From positions 16,317 through 80,316 of the forward strand of contig NDHY01000002.1 of NCBI GenBank assembly GCA_003574845.1: a stretch of DNA of 64,000 nucleotides. Direction: 5' to 3'. The notes below the pieces were generated by a model. It searched no databases. It saw only the letters and a program-made list of their open reading frames with translations, and was not told the DNA's origin. Position numbers and translations under genes: made by a program. Positions 10,851 to 20,108 of this stretch are shown one piece after another. Each line of letters opens with the position of its first letter. Position 1 is the first letter of the stretch. This stretch comes from a candidate division NPL-UPA2 bacterium Unc8. Its GTDB lineage: Bacteria > NPL-UPA2.

Positions 10851-11861
10851 TTATTTACTTTTTTTCTTTTCTTCTGGGGAGATTCCAGCGATTGAGTCGC
10901 GCATTGAAGTATCAGACTGAATATTCTTCATCCGATAGTAATCTATTATTCCAAGATTTCCTTTGCGGAAAGCATCAGCTATTGCCCTGGGAACCTCTGC
11001 CTCTGCCTCAACTACTTTTGCTCTCATTTCCTGCTCTGCAGCAACTGCCATTGCCCGACGTTCTTCAGCCCTCGCCTTGGCAATCTGTAAATCAGCCTCC
11101 GCCTGCTGTTGCTGAAGCCTGGCTCCAATGTTTTCTCCGACATCAATATCGGCAATATCAATAGAGAGAATTTCAAATGCCGTTCCGGCATCAAGCCCCT
11201 TGGCAAGCACTTCTTTGGAAATCATATCAGGATTTTCCAGAATTTTCTTATGCGTCTCAGCAGAGCCAATAGTAGTAACAATCCCTTCACCAACGCGGGC
11301 GATGACTGTCTCGGTCCAGGCGCCTCCTACCAGTCGGTCAAGGTTTGCTCTGACCGTAACCCTTGCTTTTGCTCTTAATTCAATCCCATCCATTGCAATG
11401 GCAGAAACTTTTGCCATTTTCGGGTCGGCGTAGTCTTTTGGGTCCGGCGCATCAATCACCTCAGGTGTAACACTTATTCTTACTGCTTCAAGAATGTTTC
11501 TTCCTGCCAGGTCAATCGCGCAGGCGCGTTGAAATGTAAGCGGAATGTCGGCTTTGCTCGCAGAGATGAGCGCCGGGATAACTCTGAGCACTTCCTTGTG
11601 AACTATTATCTCACGGGAGCCGCCAGCCAGATAATGTGCCTCAAGATCATCGCTGGAAATATCAATTCCTGCCTTGTGAGCCATAATCATTGAATTAATG
11701 ATTACGGGCGGCGGCACACGACGCAACCTCATCGCAATAAGGTTAGTCATCCCCACCTTTACTCCTGCCGCAAGAGCAGAGATCCAGAGTTGCACTGGCA
11801 CCAACCATGTCAGGAGCAGCAAAGCAACAACTATTAAAACCGCAATTATCCACACTGTCAT
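10851..11861 (-). CDS. floA: Flotillin-like protein FloA (SPFH/band-7 domain)
   Basis: 336 aa. Near full-length similarity to Bacillus FloA/YqfA ([11 protein letters not shown]..., [15 protein letters not shown]..., [10 protein letters not shown]..., C-terminal DSIAGIS). Confidence 0.9.
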   Translation of the reverse strand: MTVWIIAVLIVVALLLLTWLVPVQLWISALAAGVKVGMTNLIAMRLRRVPPPVIINSMIMAHKAGIDISSDDLEAHYLAGGSREIIVHKEVLRVIPALISASKADIPLTFQRACAIDLAGRNILEAVRISVTPEVIDAPDPKDYADPKMAKVSAIAMDGIELRAKARVTVRANLDRLVGGAWTETVIARVGEGIVTTIGSAETHKKILENPDMISKEVLAKGLDAGTAFEILSIDIADIDVGENIGARLQQQQAEADLQIAKARAEERRAMAVAAEQEMRAKVVEAEAEVPRAIADAFRKGNLGIIDYYRMKNIQSDTSMRDSIAGISPEEKKKSK

Positions 11862-11890
11862 CTCTATCCTCCTTCCTTAAAAATTCCCCC

Positions 11891-12352
11891 CTATGTCTTC
11901 CTGACTACAACCCTATTTCCTGTGACAGCTACCACCTTTATTCGTGTGTGTTCAGGAATAAATACTCCTTCAGTAACTACATCTACTTTTTTTCCATCAA
12001 TCCTTGCTGCTCCTGCCGGGCGGAGCATTGTTATCGTCTCACCTTCTTTGTCTATTAATTCTGGATTAGCAGAGATAATATGGCTCTTATCCTGGGCGCT
12101 AAGACGAAGTTGCTTCCAACTGCTTGTCTTTGGAAAATAGAGGAAAAGAGCAATAATAACAACTATAGTAATGATAAGGGTGACTGCTCCCCATAGTGGG
12201 CTCAATCTTGTCCACGCTAAATAAGTGGCAAGCCCAAGGGTTGCCAACCCGGTAATCTCTGCCACCCCAAAGCCGGGAATGACAAAAAGCCCCACCAGCA
12301 TCAGGATAAAACCAGCAAGAAATAGCAAAATAACAATAAAATGTATTTCCAT
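11891..12352 (-). CDS. NfeD-like protein, short form (TM segments plus C-terminal OB-fold)
   Basis: 153 aa. Two to three transmembrane helices then a beta-rich C-terminus (RPAGAARIDGKKVDVVTEG) typical of YuaF/NfeD short forms. Directly upstream of floA. Confidence 0.75.
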   Translation of the reverse strand: MEIHFIVILLFLAGFILMLVGLFVIPGFGVAEITGLATLGLATYLAWTRLSPLWGAVTLIITIVVIIALFLYFPKTSSWKQLRLSAQDKSHIISANPELIDKEGETITMLRPAGAARIDGKKVDVVTEGVFIPEHTRIKVVAVTGNRVVVRKT

Positions 12353-12518
12353 TCAGGATCCTATCTTTACAAGTTAGATCGCTTCGCTCCTAACTTCCAT
12401 AGGGGCTCTCGCCCCTCTGGCGTTCCAAAAATGCCGTGATGAACATTTTTTCCACTGTCACCCCGCAGGGGAAAGCAGATTCTTTCCCCTACTACCCCTA
12501 ATCATTGTATCGGAATTT

Positions 12519-14033
12519 TTAAAATTCCGATGCAACAACAATAATTCTGTTTCCCACAACATTAATTATCTTTACTTTCTCGCCAACATTGATGAACTCT
12601 CCTTCAGTTACCACATTAAGTATGTCTTTGTCAAACTTCGCTCTTCCTGCCGGTCTGAGAATTGTCTCTGCTACTCCTTCTTTTCCTATGAGCTTCTCTT
12701 GAGTGACAGGAGTAGCGCGGTATCCAAGCTCCGAAGCCTGAGTGGGAACAAGAACAAGCCGATGTCTTACGTGCTTCCAAAGATTTGTCTGTGGTATAAA
12801 CCTTAGTGATAAAACAATGATAACAAAAGCAGCAATAAAAGAGTAGGAAATAATCTGGAGCGCTTCTATGTATTCTCTCCTTATGCCGGGAATTGGGGGA
12901 AGAGGGTCTCCAATAAGAGCAAGAAAGATACTAACAACGATTGCAATTATTCCACTGATGCCAGCGACACCAAAACCGGGAATGACGAAAATCTCAAGAG
13001 TAAGGAGTAATATCCCTCCAACAAAAAGAATAGGAATTAAAATCATTGCCCATTCTGCCATCCCTGCCAAAAACCGTCCTCCGAAGAAAAGGGCAAGGCT
13101 AACGAGTCCAATAGTTCCTCCCACTCCCCAGCCAGGAATTCTTAGCTCAAACACCAATCCTAACATCCCAAGTGTGAGCAAGAGACTACTGACGATGGGG
13201 TGGGTAAGGAAACGAACCAGATTTTCTGACCACGTAATGGTGGCTCTTGTAAGCAGGGCTTTCTCCATTCCAAAAAGTGGGGGAATATTCTCAATCTGTG
13301 CAACTTTATAATGAGCAAGCCCGAATCTGACTGCCTCATCGGCAGTAAGGGTAAGGAGCTTTCCCGCTGAAAAACCCTTTGGGATGCCTACCATTTCAAT
13401 TATTATCTCCTCTTCACCCAGCTTCTCTTTTTTCTCTACAACTTCTTCAGGAGTCAATATATAAAGTCTGCCATCAATAGTTACAGCTTTAAGCTCTATC
13501 CTTGGGTCAACCATTGCTTCAGCTAAATTCTTTGAGTGGTTGCTTTCCTCTGCCGTTGCCCTGAACTCAGCTCTTATAAAAGAGAGTGTTTTCTCATCCA
13601 TTGGTGGAGGCTCTTTTCCCTGCGGCGCAGGAGCAAAGGCAACCGGCGTGGCGGCTCCGATTGTGCTTCCTGGAGCCATCACAATCTCCTGAGTAGCAAG
13701 AGCAATGAGCGCTCCGGCAGAGATTCCACGTCTTATAAAGGCAATTGTTTTGAGTTCTGTCTCAAGGATAATATCTTTAATCTCAATGGCAGCGTCAACG
13801 CGGCCGCCAAATGTCTCAATGTCAAAAATTATTGCCGCTGCTTCTGCCTCTTCTGCCTCTCTTACAGCACGTTCAACGAAACTTGCGAGGCCAAGATCAA
13901 CTACAAAAATATGTCCATCCTGAACGGGAATGATACGGATTTCTTGTTTTTCTTCTTCGGCGGCGACAACTAACCCTGCGCAGGCAATAAGCGCTAATAA
14001 GGCAGAAATTACTTTTTTATTGCCTGACATCAT
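12519..14033 (-). CDS. NfeD family membrane-bound ClpP-class serine protease, long form
   Basis: 504 aa. Signal/transmembrane N-terminus, ClpP-like domain, multi-TM region and a C-terminal OB-fold (RPAGRAKFDKDILNVVTEG) that repeats the motif of the short paralog. Confidence 0.8.
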   Translation of the reverse strand: MMSGNKKVISALLALIACAGLVVAAEEEKQEIRIIPVQDGHIFVVDLGLASFVERAVREAEEAEAAAIIFDIETFGGRVDAAIEIKDIILETELKTIAFIRRGISAGALIALATQEIVMAPGSTIGAATPVAFAPAPQGKEPPPMDEKTLSFIRAEFRATAEESNHSKNLAEAMVDPRIELKAVTIDGRLYILTPEEVVEKKEKLGEEEIIIEMVGIPKGFSAGKLLTLTADEAVRFGLAHYKVAQIENIPPLFGMEKALLTRATITWSENLVRFLTHPIVSSLLLTLGMLGLVFELRIPGWGVGGTIGLVSLALFFGGRFLAGMAEWAMILIPILFVGGILLLTLEIFVIPGFGVAGISGIIAIVVSIFLALIGDPLPPIPGIRREYIEALQIISYSFIAAFVIIVLSLRFIPQTNLWKHVRHRLVLVPTQASELGYRATPVTQEKLIGKEGVAETILRPAGRAKFDKDILNVVTEGEFINVGEKVKIINVVGNRIIVVASEF

Positions 14034-14061
14034 AATTTTCCCTCTATTTATTTCTCTTGAT

Positions 14062-14411
14062 GGAGCTACTCATAAGCCGGGTTCTGTATAGTGGTGACTA
14101 TTTATCTGTTCATCAGATTGCTCTGATGAATCAAGCAGCCTACCCGGGGGTCAGACGGAACGGGCAATTCCTTCCCCCTTATTTGGCCTTGCTCCAGGTG
14201 GGGTTTACCATGCCCTGCCAGATCACTCCGGCAGGCGGTGAGCTCTTACCTCGCCTTTTCACCCTTACCCTTAACATCAGAGATGTCAAGTGCGGTATAT
14301 TTTCTGTGGCACTTTCCGTCAGGTCACCCTGCGTCGCCGTTAGCGACCACCTTGCCCTCTGGAGCCCGGACTTTCCTCCCGCCTAAGGCGAGCAGCCACC
14401 TGAGTAGCTCC
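14062..14411 (-). ncRNA. rnpB: RNase P RNA, bacterial type A
   Basis: Reverse complement contains near-verbatim conserved blocks of E. coli M1 RNA (GGAGGAAAGTCCGGGCTCC, GGTAAGAGCTCACC, GGTAAACCCCACCTGGAGCAAGGCCAAATAGG, CCCGGGTAGGCTGCTTG, ACAGAACCCGGCTTAT). The P1 helix is GGAGCTACTCA/TGAGTAGCTCC. The track's ORF 14057..14386 is spurious. Confidence 0.92.
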
Positions 14412-14413
14412 AA

Positions 14414-14860
14414 TTAAAGGCTTAAATCAATTGCTTTATTTGCTAACCGATCTGCTTCTTTGTTTTTTCCCCTGTCTATGCATTTGACAGTCAGCTTTTC
14501 AAATCCAGTGGAAAGATGCTTTATGAGAAGAAAAAGATTCTTCAAAAAATGATTTTTAATTTGATAGCGACCATCAACTTGCCGCACCAGAAGTTCGCTA
14601 TCGGTGTAAATTGTTAGATTTTTAGCTTTCCTGATAATCCCCTCCTGAAGCCCGTATATTACTGCAATGTACTCGGCAACGTTATTGGTGGCTTTTCCCA
14701 AGTATTGCGCCTCCTCCCATAAAACTTTTCCCTTGCTATCATAAATTATAATTCCAATCCCTGCGTTCCCTGGATTACCACGAGATGCCCCATCAACATA
14801 GATTACCAACTGCTTTTTATCCATTTTCCTTCCAGTATAGCATTCGCGAGCAGCGCTCAC
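14414..14860 (-). CDS. rnhA: Ribonuclease HI
   Basis: 148 aa. LVIYVDGASRGNPGNAGIGI is the RNase H fold DxS/G N-terminal motif. DSELLVRQ and ENKEADRLA are conserved C-terminal motifs. Confidence 0.8.
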   Translation of the reverse strand: MSAARECYTGRKMDKKQLVIYVDGASRGNPGNAGIGIIIYDSKGKVLWEEAQYLGKATNNVAEYIAVIYGLQEGIIRKAKNLTIYTDSELLVRQVDGRYQIKNHFLKNLFLLIKHLSTGFEKLTVKCIDRGKNKEADRLANKAIDLSL

Positions 14861-15527
14861 AGACGATGAGCTTATTACCCTTTATTACTTCATTCACCGT
14901 TTGATAGGGAATTTCAGTAAAGCAACCACAGCAAACGTTGCCTTCCACTGGAGTAAGTGCCATGCCTTTCTTTGCTTTTCGTATTCTCTCATAACTCTCA
15001 AGGAGTGGTTTTTCAATATTTCGGGATAGTCCTTCTCTTTTCTCTATTTCGGGCTCTCGTATTTTTTCTAACTCTTTTATCCGCTGGCAATTCTCTTCCT
15101 CTTTTCTTTTTAACCTTTCCCCATCAGCAGCTAACTTCATTTTCTCATCTTTGATGAGGTGCAGAAGCCCATCTCTTTCCTCCAAAAATGTTAGTATTTT
15201 ATCCTCAAGCTGAGAATTTTCCTGCTGAAGATTGTCTATCTCAATCATCAGAGCAGAATATTCTTTGTTGGTTTTTATTTCATGTATTTGTGAACGATAC
15301 TTGTTCAGGTCATTTTCTTTTGCCCGAAGAATCCGTTCATAATGCCGCTCCTCTTTCTCCGTCTCCTCCAATTTAGCTTCTATGCCGGCAAGGTTTTTTT
15401 TTATTTCTGCTATAATTTTTCTGAACTCCAATATATCCCCGGGAATTAAGGCTATATCTTTCTCTAACTTTTGAATCTTCATATCTATTTCTTGCAATTC
15501 AAGTAAAGACTTTATCTCTTTCTGCAT
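14817..15527 (-). CDS. C4-type zinc-ribbon / coiled-coil protein (COG1579-like)
   Basis: 236 aa. Long coiled-coil followed by CCGCF...CERCSRMLYW zinc ribbon. Overlaps the rnhA start by 44 nt. Confidence 0.65.
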   Translation of the reverse strand: MQKEIKSLLELQEIDMKIQKLEKDIALIPGDILEFRKIIAEIKKNLAGIEAKLEETEKEERHYERILRAKENDLNKYRSQIHEIKTNKEYSALMIEIDNLQQENSQLEDKILTFLEERDGLLHLIKDEKMKLAADGERLKRKEEENCQRIKELEKIREPEIEKREGLSRNIEKPLLESYERIRKAKKGMALTPVEGNVCCGCFTEIPYQTVNEVIKGNKLIVCERCSRMLYWKENG

Positions 15528-15533
15528 CTCTGT

Positions 15534-16409
15534 TCATAATCCAGCAACATCCAATACCCCCGGCACAATTTTCTCCCAGCCAATAGCCATAATATGCACC
15601 CCTTGACAGATGTCCCTCAGCTCCTTGATTAGGTTAGCAGCAATTTCTATCCCTGTCGCCGCTTTATCTTCAGCCTCAGCCATTTTGTTAATCAATTCTT
15701 CAGGGACGAAAACACCAGCCACATTTTTATTCATATATCGTGCCATACCAGCTGATTTCAAGGGTATTATTCCAACCAAGATAGGGATGCCAAATCCTTT
15801 CACCCTTTTCATAAATTTGGCGAAGGCTCCGGGCTCATAGACGGCCTGGGTTTGAAAGAACCTGGCCCCGGTTGCAATCTTTTTCTCCATCTTAATAAGC
15901 TGTAATTCAAAGGCAGCTTCACTACCCATCCCGGGATTTACTACTGCTCCAGGAAAGAAATTTGGCTTACCCTTGAGCTCATTATCAACCATATCGTAAC
16001 CTTCGTTTAACCTTTTTATGACCCACAAGAGCTGCACCGAGTCTAAGTCGAAAACTGGCTTGGCCTGGGGGTGGTCGCCGAGAGAGGGTAAATCGCCGGT
16101 GAGTGCCAGAACATTTTCAATCCCCAGGGCATAGGCACTCAACAGGTCTGATTGTAGCGCCAATCGGTTTCTATCGCGGCAGGTCATCTGTAATATCGGC
16201 TCGAGCCCGCTTTCTTTCAACAGGTGGCAGACAGCCAATGAGCCCATCCTCATCACCGAGCTTTGCTGGTCAGTAACATTGGCAGCATCCACCCTTCCCC
16301 GCAGAAGCTCAGCCACCTCCACAATCTCGGTGGTGTCGGTTCCCTTCAGCGGACCGACCTCAGCCGTCACCACAAACTTTCCTGCCTCAAGAAGTGATTG
16401 CAAACTCAT
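15534..16409 (-). CDS. metF: 5,10-methylenetetrahydrofolate reductase, short acetogen-type MetF
   Basis: 291 aa TIM-barrel MTHFR without a regulatory domain. Adjacent to metV. Confidence 0.85.
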   Translation of the reverse strand: MSLQSLLEAGKFVVTAEVGPLKGTDTTEIVEVAELLRGRVDAANVTDQQSSVMRMGSLAVCHLLKESGLEPILQMTCRDRNRLALQSDLLSAYALGIENVLALTGDLPSLGDHPQAKPVFDLDSVQLLWVIKRLNEGYDMVDNELKGKPNFFPGAVVNPGMGSEAAFELQLIKMEKKIATGARFFQTQAVYEPGAFAKFMKRVKGFGIPILVGIIPLKSAGMARYMNKNVAGVFVPEELINKMAEAEDKAATGIEIAANLIKELRDICQGVHIMAIGWEKIVPGVLDVAGL

Positions 16410-17062
16410 TTTAATCCTTCTCCTACCTTGAATGTGCGCGGTCTTTTCATCTTGGCATAATCCACCGACATAGCCATTTCTTTTAATTTATCCAACTCAC
16501 CCAGTTTCTTTAACCGATCATATATCAGTATCCAGGCACAGTCGTGCTCAGGCTCTTGCTCGCACTTATCTTCCTTAGTGCCTCCACACGGGCCATTTAA
16601 TAGTCCCTTGGAACACTGGGTCATAGGACATATGCCAGCTGTCTGCCCCAGGACACAATTTCCACATTGCATGCATATCTCAGTAAGACAGCCTGGGGTC
16701 TTTTCTTTGGCCATACATAAAGTATTTAATGCTGGATAAATACTCTTATCGGCATAGAGACTGACTGTTTGAACACCGAAGGCACAGGACATCACCAAGA
16801 TAGCGTTAGCTGCCTTGACCTTCCTGGCATTTATCTTCAGGGCATCCCCGGTAAGCTTGTCGCAAGCGGTAGGTATCATCATCCATCCGGTAACTTTTTT
16901 GCCGTCGGCTTCAAGCTTGTTTTTCATCTCCAGGACCTCGGATTTCCCGCCGGTGTGGAGCATGGTGGCACAGGTGCCACAGCCGATGATATACACTCTC
17001 TTACATTTCCCAAGACACTGCATAATTTCATCTAAAGGTTTTTGTTCTGTAATCGTTATCAT
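16406..17062 (-). CDS. metV: MTHFR small subunit MetV (MTHFR_C-type zinc-finger-like domain)
   Basis: 218 aa. Cys-rich C-terminus CTEICMQCGNCVLGQTAGICPMTQCSKGLLNGPCGG matches the MetV/MTHFR C-terminal domain. 4-nt overlap with metF. Confidence 0.8.
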   Translation of the reverse strand: MITITEQKPLDEIMQCLGKCKRVYIIGCGTCATMLHTGGKSEVLEMKNKLEADGKKVTGWMMIPTACDKLTGDALKINARKVKAANAILVMSCAFGVQTVSLYADKSIYPALNTLCMAKEKTPGCLTEICMQCGNCVLGQTAGICPMTQCSKGLLNGPCGGTKEDKCEQEPEHDCAWILIYDRLKKLGELDKLKEMAMSVDYAKMKRPRTFKVGEGLK

Positions 17063-17076
17063 ATCATTACACCACC

Positions 17077-18276
17077 TTAATTCTGTCGGATTCGGTTTTC
17101 ATAGACACTTCTAAAATACTGCAAACTATTTACTACCGGAATAGGAGCAGCTTGCCCCAGACCACATAGAGAAGAAAGCATCATGGCGCTGGCTACTTCC
17201 TCTAAAAGGCTAATGTCTGTCTCCAACCCCCCTCCCCGGGAAAACCTCTCCAGAATTTCAACCATTACTTCGGTCCCTTCTCGGCAGGGAGTGCATTTGC
17301 CGCAACATTCTTCAGCTAAAAACTCCATGACTCTATAGACGATATCTATTATGTCCCTGGTCTCATTAAATACAATGATGGCTCCCGCCCCAAGAATACT
17401 TTCAAAGGCAAGGGGCATATCTATCATCTCATAGGGTATAATTCTTCCCGTGGCACCACCCACCTGAACCATTTTAACCTTCTCGGCTAAGGCTAATCCT
17501 TCGACTAATTCCCTCAGCCGACTCCCCAGGACTAATTCATATACGCCAGGCTTTTTCACATCCCCACTCACCGAGAAAACTTTAGTGCCCTTGCTCTGCT
17601 CTGTTCCCAATTGACTAAACCAGTGACCTCCGTTAAAGATGATCTGAGGTATATTCATCAGGGTTTCTACATTATTGATAATAGTTGGTTTTCCCCACAA
17701 ACCTCTTGATGGCGGGAACGGAGGTCTATACCGAACCTCCCCCCGCTTACCTTCTATAGAATCCATTAGCGCTGACTCCTCACCACATATATAGGCGCCA
17801 GCACCTTCACGAATATCAATGTCAAATTGGTCTAAAAAACCCCCCTCTTTGGCTTGACCAATAGCATTTTTCAACAAATCAAGCAGACAATGATATTCGG
17901 CACGCAGATAGATGTAGCCCCTCTTTGCCCCAATGGCATAGCCAGCAATAGCCATAGCTTCAATCAGAGTGAACGGGTCCCTTTCCAGAATATATCTATC
18001 CTTAAATGTTCCTATCTCCCCTTCATCGGCATTGCAGATAACGTATTTCTCATCCACTTGAGCTTTTCCTGCCAACTCCCATTTCAATCCACAGGGGAAC
18101 CCAGCCCCTCCTCGACCCCGCAGCCCCGATAGCTTTATTTCGTCTATTATTTGTTCCTGAGTCACCCCAGCCAAAGCTTTTTTCAAAGCTTTAAAACCAT
18201 CCCTATCCAAATAAGTGGATATCTGCATCGGGTCGATAACCCCGCAATTTCTTAAGACAATCCGCTGCTGCGCCAT
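17077..18276 (-). CDS. NuoF-like NAD(H)-binding FMN/[4Fe-4S] subunit (51-kDa family), core form
   Basis: 399 aa. GRGGAGFPCGLKWE FMN-binding signature and a C-terminal Cys cluster (CGKCTPCREG). Confidence 0.85.
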   Translation of the reverse strand: MAQQRIVLRNCGVIDPMQISTYLDRDGFKALKKALAGVTQEQIIDEIKLSGLRGRGGAGFPCGLKWELAGKAQVDEKYVICNADEGEIGTFKDRYILERDPFTLIEAMAIAGYAIGAKRGYIYLRAEYHCLLDLLKNAIGQAKEGGFLDQFDIDIREGAGAYICGEESALMDSIEGKRGEVRYRPPFPPSRGLWGKPTIINNVETLMNIPQIIFNGGHWFSQLGTEQSKGTKVFSVSGDVKKPGVYELVLGSRLRELVEGLALAEKVKMVQVGGATGRIIPYEMIDMPLAFESILGAGAIIVFNETRDIIDIVYRVMEFLAEECCGKCTPCREGTEVMVEILERFSRGGGLETDISLLEEVASAMMLSSLCGLGQAAPIPVVNSLQYFRSVYENRIRQN

Positions 18277-18311
18277 CAGATAACCTCCTTGCCAGGGTTG
18301 TAATCAAGTTT

Positions 18312-18758
18312 TTATTTATGTGCCTTCAAAATCTGCGATATTTTGTTCGGGGTTAAATCAATATAAACTTCACTATTAATCATCATTGCCGGAGCTTTAT
18401 CGCAAACACCGATACAGTTAGTTAAATGAAAAGAGAATTTACCATTGGGAGTAGTTTCGCCGGGTTTAATCCCAATTTCTTTTTCAACGGTTTCAATTAT
18501 GACCTGCGAGTTTTTAAGAAAGCAGGGCACGCTTTTGCAAATCCTGATTATGTTCCTACCCTGTGGTCTGATTGAGAAAAAGGAGTAGAATGTGGCTACT
18601 CCATATACATCACTTATAGACATATCCAGGGATTCAGCTAGTTCAATCATAACTTTTTCAGACAGATAACCAAATTTGTTTTGTGCCTCTCCCAGCCGAA
18701 CTAATAGTTCTTTCTGTTCCTTGTTCTGCATATAAATTTCTCCATTGATTTTATTCAT
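18312..18758 (-). CDS. NuoE-like thioredoxin-fold [2Fe-2S] subunit (24-kDa family)
   Basis: 148 aa with conserved NuoE-type Cys spacing (ICKSVPCFL...NCIGVCDKAP). Confidence 0.85.
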   Translation of the reverse strand: MNKINGEIYMQNKEQKELLVRLGEAQNKFGYLSEKVMIELAESLDMSISDVYGVATFYSFFSIRPQGRNIIRICKSVPCFLKNSQVIIETVEKEIGIKPGETTPNGKFSFHLTNCIGVCDKAPAMMINSEVYIDLTPNKISQILKAHK

Positions 18759-18772
18759 TTTTCTTGTCCTGG

Positions 18773-19450
18773 TTAGCCGCTTATAATCAATGGCTCACCT
18801 TTCTTTTCTTCTCCTATTTCCCCGTGCTTGCTTAATGCACCGGTTGGGCAAAAGGAGATGCAGACATCGCAATCTCGGCAAACATCCTTATCTATTGGTT
18901 GGTCGAAATCAACCACAACCTTAGAATCAAAGCCTCGATAAGCTATGCCGAATACTTTCTCCTTTTTTATTTCATTACACGCACTTACGCATCTCCGACA
19001 TAAGATACACTTTGTTAAATCACGGACGATGAACGGACTTGCGTCTTCTACAGGATAATAACGTTTTTTCACCTGAAATCGGGGCAGCCCCACCTCTAAG
19101 TCAGTAGCAATACTGCGTAATTCACATATGTTAGCCTTATCGCACATAAAACAGTTCCCACAGTGACTGGCCAGTAAAAGCTCTACCATTGTCTTGCGGA
19201 CTTGCAAAACCTTCTTTGAATGGGTATGGATAACCATGCCCTGGGCGATTGGAGTATGGCAAGAGCCAACCAAAGTCTCGGACCTCTCTACTTCAACAAC
19301 GCAAATCCGACAAGCTCCAATAGGAGATAGTTCCTGTCTATAGCACAGAGCGGGAATATCTATACTATTTTCTTTGGCAACTTCGAGAATAGTCATCCCG
19401 GAGCTTGCGCTTAATTGACGGTCATTTATAGTTAAAGCTATCTGCTCCAT
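18773..19450 (-). CDS. NuoG N-terminal-like Fe-S protein: plant-type [2Fe-2S] + His-ligated [4Fe-4S] + two ferredoxin-type [4Fe-4S] clusters
   Basis: 225 aa. CYRQELSPIGACRIC, HCGNCFMCDKANIC, CILCRRCVSAC and CRDCDVCISFCP. Paralogous to the first ~220 aa of fdhA. Confidence 0.75.
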   Translation of the reverse strand: MEQIALTINDRQLSASSGMTILEVAKENSIDIPALCYRQELSPIGACRICVVEVERSETLVGSCHTPIAQGMVIHTHSKKVLQVRKTMVELLLASHCGNCFMCDKANICELRSIATDLEVGLPRFQVKKRYYPVEDASPFIVRDLTKCILCRRCVSACNEIKKEKVFGIAYRGFDSKVVVDFDQPIDKDVCRDCDVCISFCPTGALSKHGEIGEEKKGEPLIISG

Positions 19451-19475
19451 CTTTATATTGTACCACTTTCTGCAA

Positions 19476-20108
19476 TCACTCTGACATCTTCTCCTTCATC
19501 TTGTTAATAACATTAAGTAGCTTCCTGAGTTTATCCACCCCAGTATCTTGCAAGGTGATTACGGCATCTACATGGCCCGCGTGTCCGCATAGAGCAATTG
19601 TATAGCAAATAGTGCCATCTCTAACAATCTTCAACGCCACATCAGCATAGGGACAGTCTATTCCCACAAAGACAGAGACATCGTACTTATTGTGCCCGAT
19701 AACTAAATCGCCATGATAGGGATTAATTTCGGTGGCAGATCTCATCTTTGGATACTCGGGACGAATGTCGGTGATGGGAAGTATCTCCGCTCCTATTGCT
19801 TCTGCCAGTTCTCTTAACACCTCGGCTTTTTCTGGTGCTCCTTCTTTCCAGGGCCAGAGAATAATATACGCTGAGGTGAAAATAACGGGATTTTTAGCAT
19901 TTAGCACTTTTTCAGCAATTTTCTCTAAAGCCTCATCCTCAGAAACATCCTTTTCTTCCACCGTAGCTCTGCCTTTTCCGGGATGCGTCATCTTGGACAC
20001 CGCTTCTGGACCAAGAAGCCACCGATACCTGACCTTATCTATTTCTGCAATCACTCTGGCACCTCTTTTCCATTTACATAGGTTAAGCTTTCTCGATCCG
20101 AACGCCAC
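19476..20108 (-). CDS. Hypothetical protein in the FDH/Nuo-like cluster (start uncertain; overlaps fdhA 3' end)
   Basis: 210-aa ORF with no family recognised by eye. Sits between fdhA and the Fe-S subunit gene. Confidence 0.3.
   Translation of the reverse strand: MAFGSRKLNLCKWKRGARVIAEIDKVRYRWLLGPEAVSKMTHPGKGRATVEEKDVSEDEALEKIAEKVLNAKNPVIFTSAYIILWPWKEGAPEKAEVLRELAEAIGAEILPITDIRPEYPKMRSATEINPYHGDLVIGHNKYDVSVFVGIDCPYADVALKIVRDGTICYTIALCGHAGHVDAVITLQDTGVDKLRKLLNVINKMKEKMSE

Noticed and set aside
14057-14386. 109-aa plus-strand ORF
   Set aside because: Lies entirely within, and antisense to, the RNase P RNA gene. Its hydrophobic, Arg-rich translation is typical of reading structured-RNA DNA.
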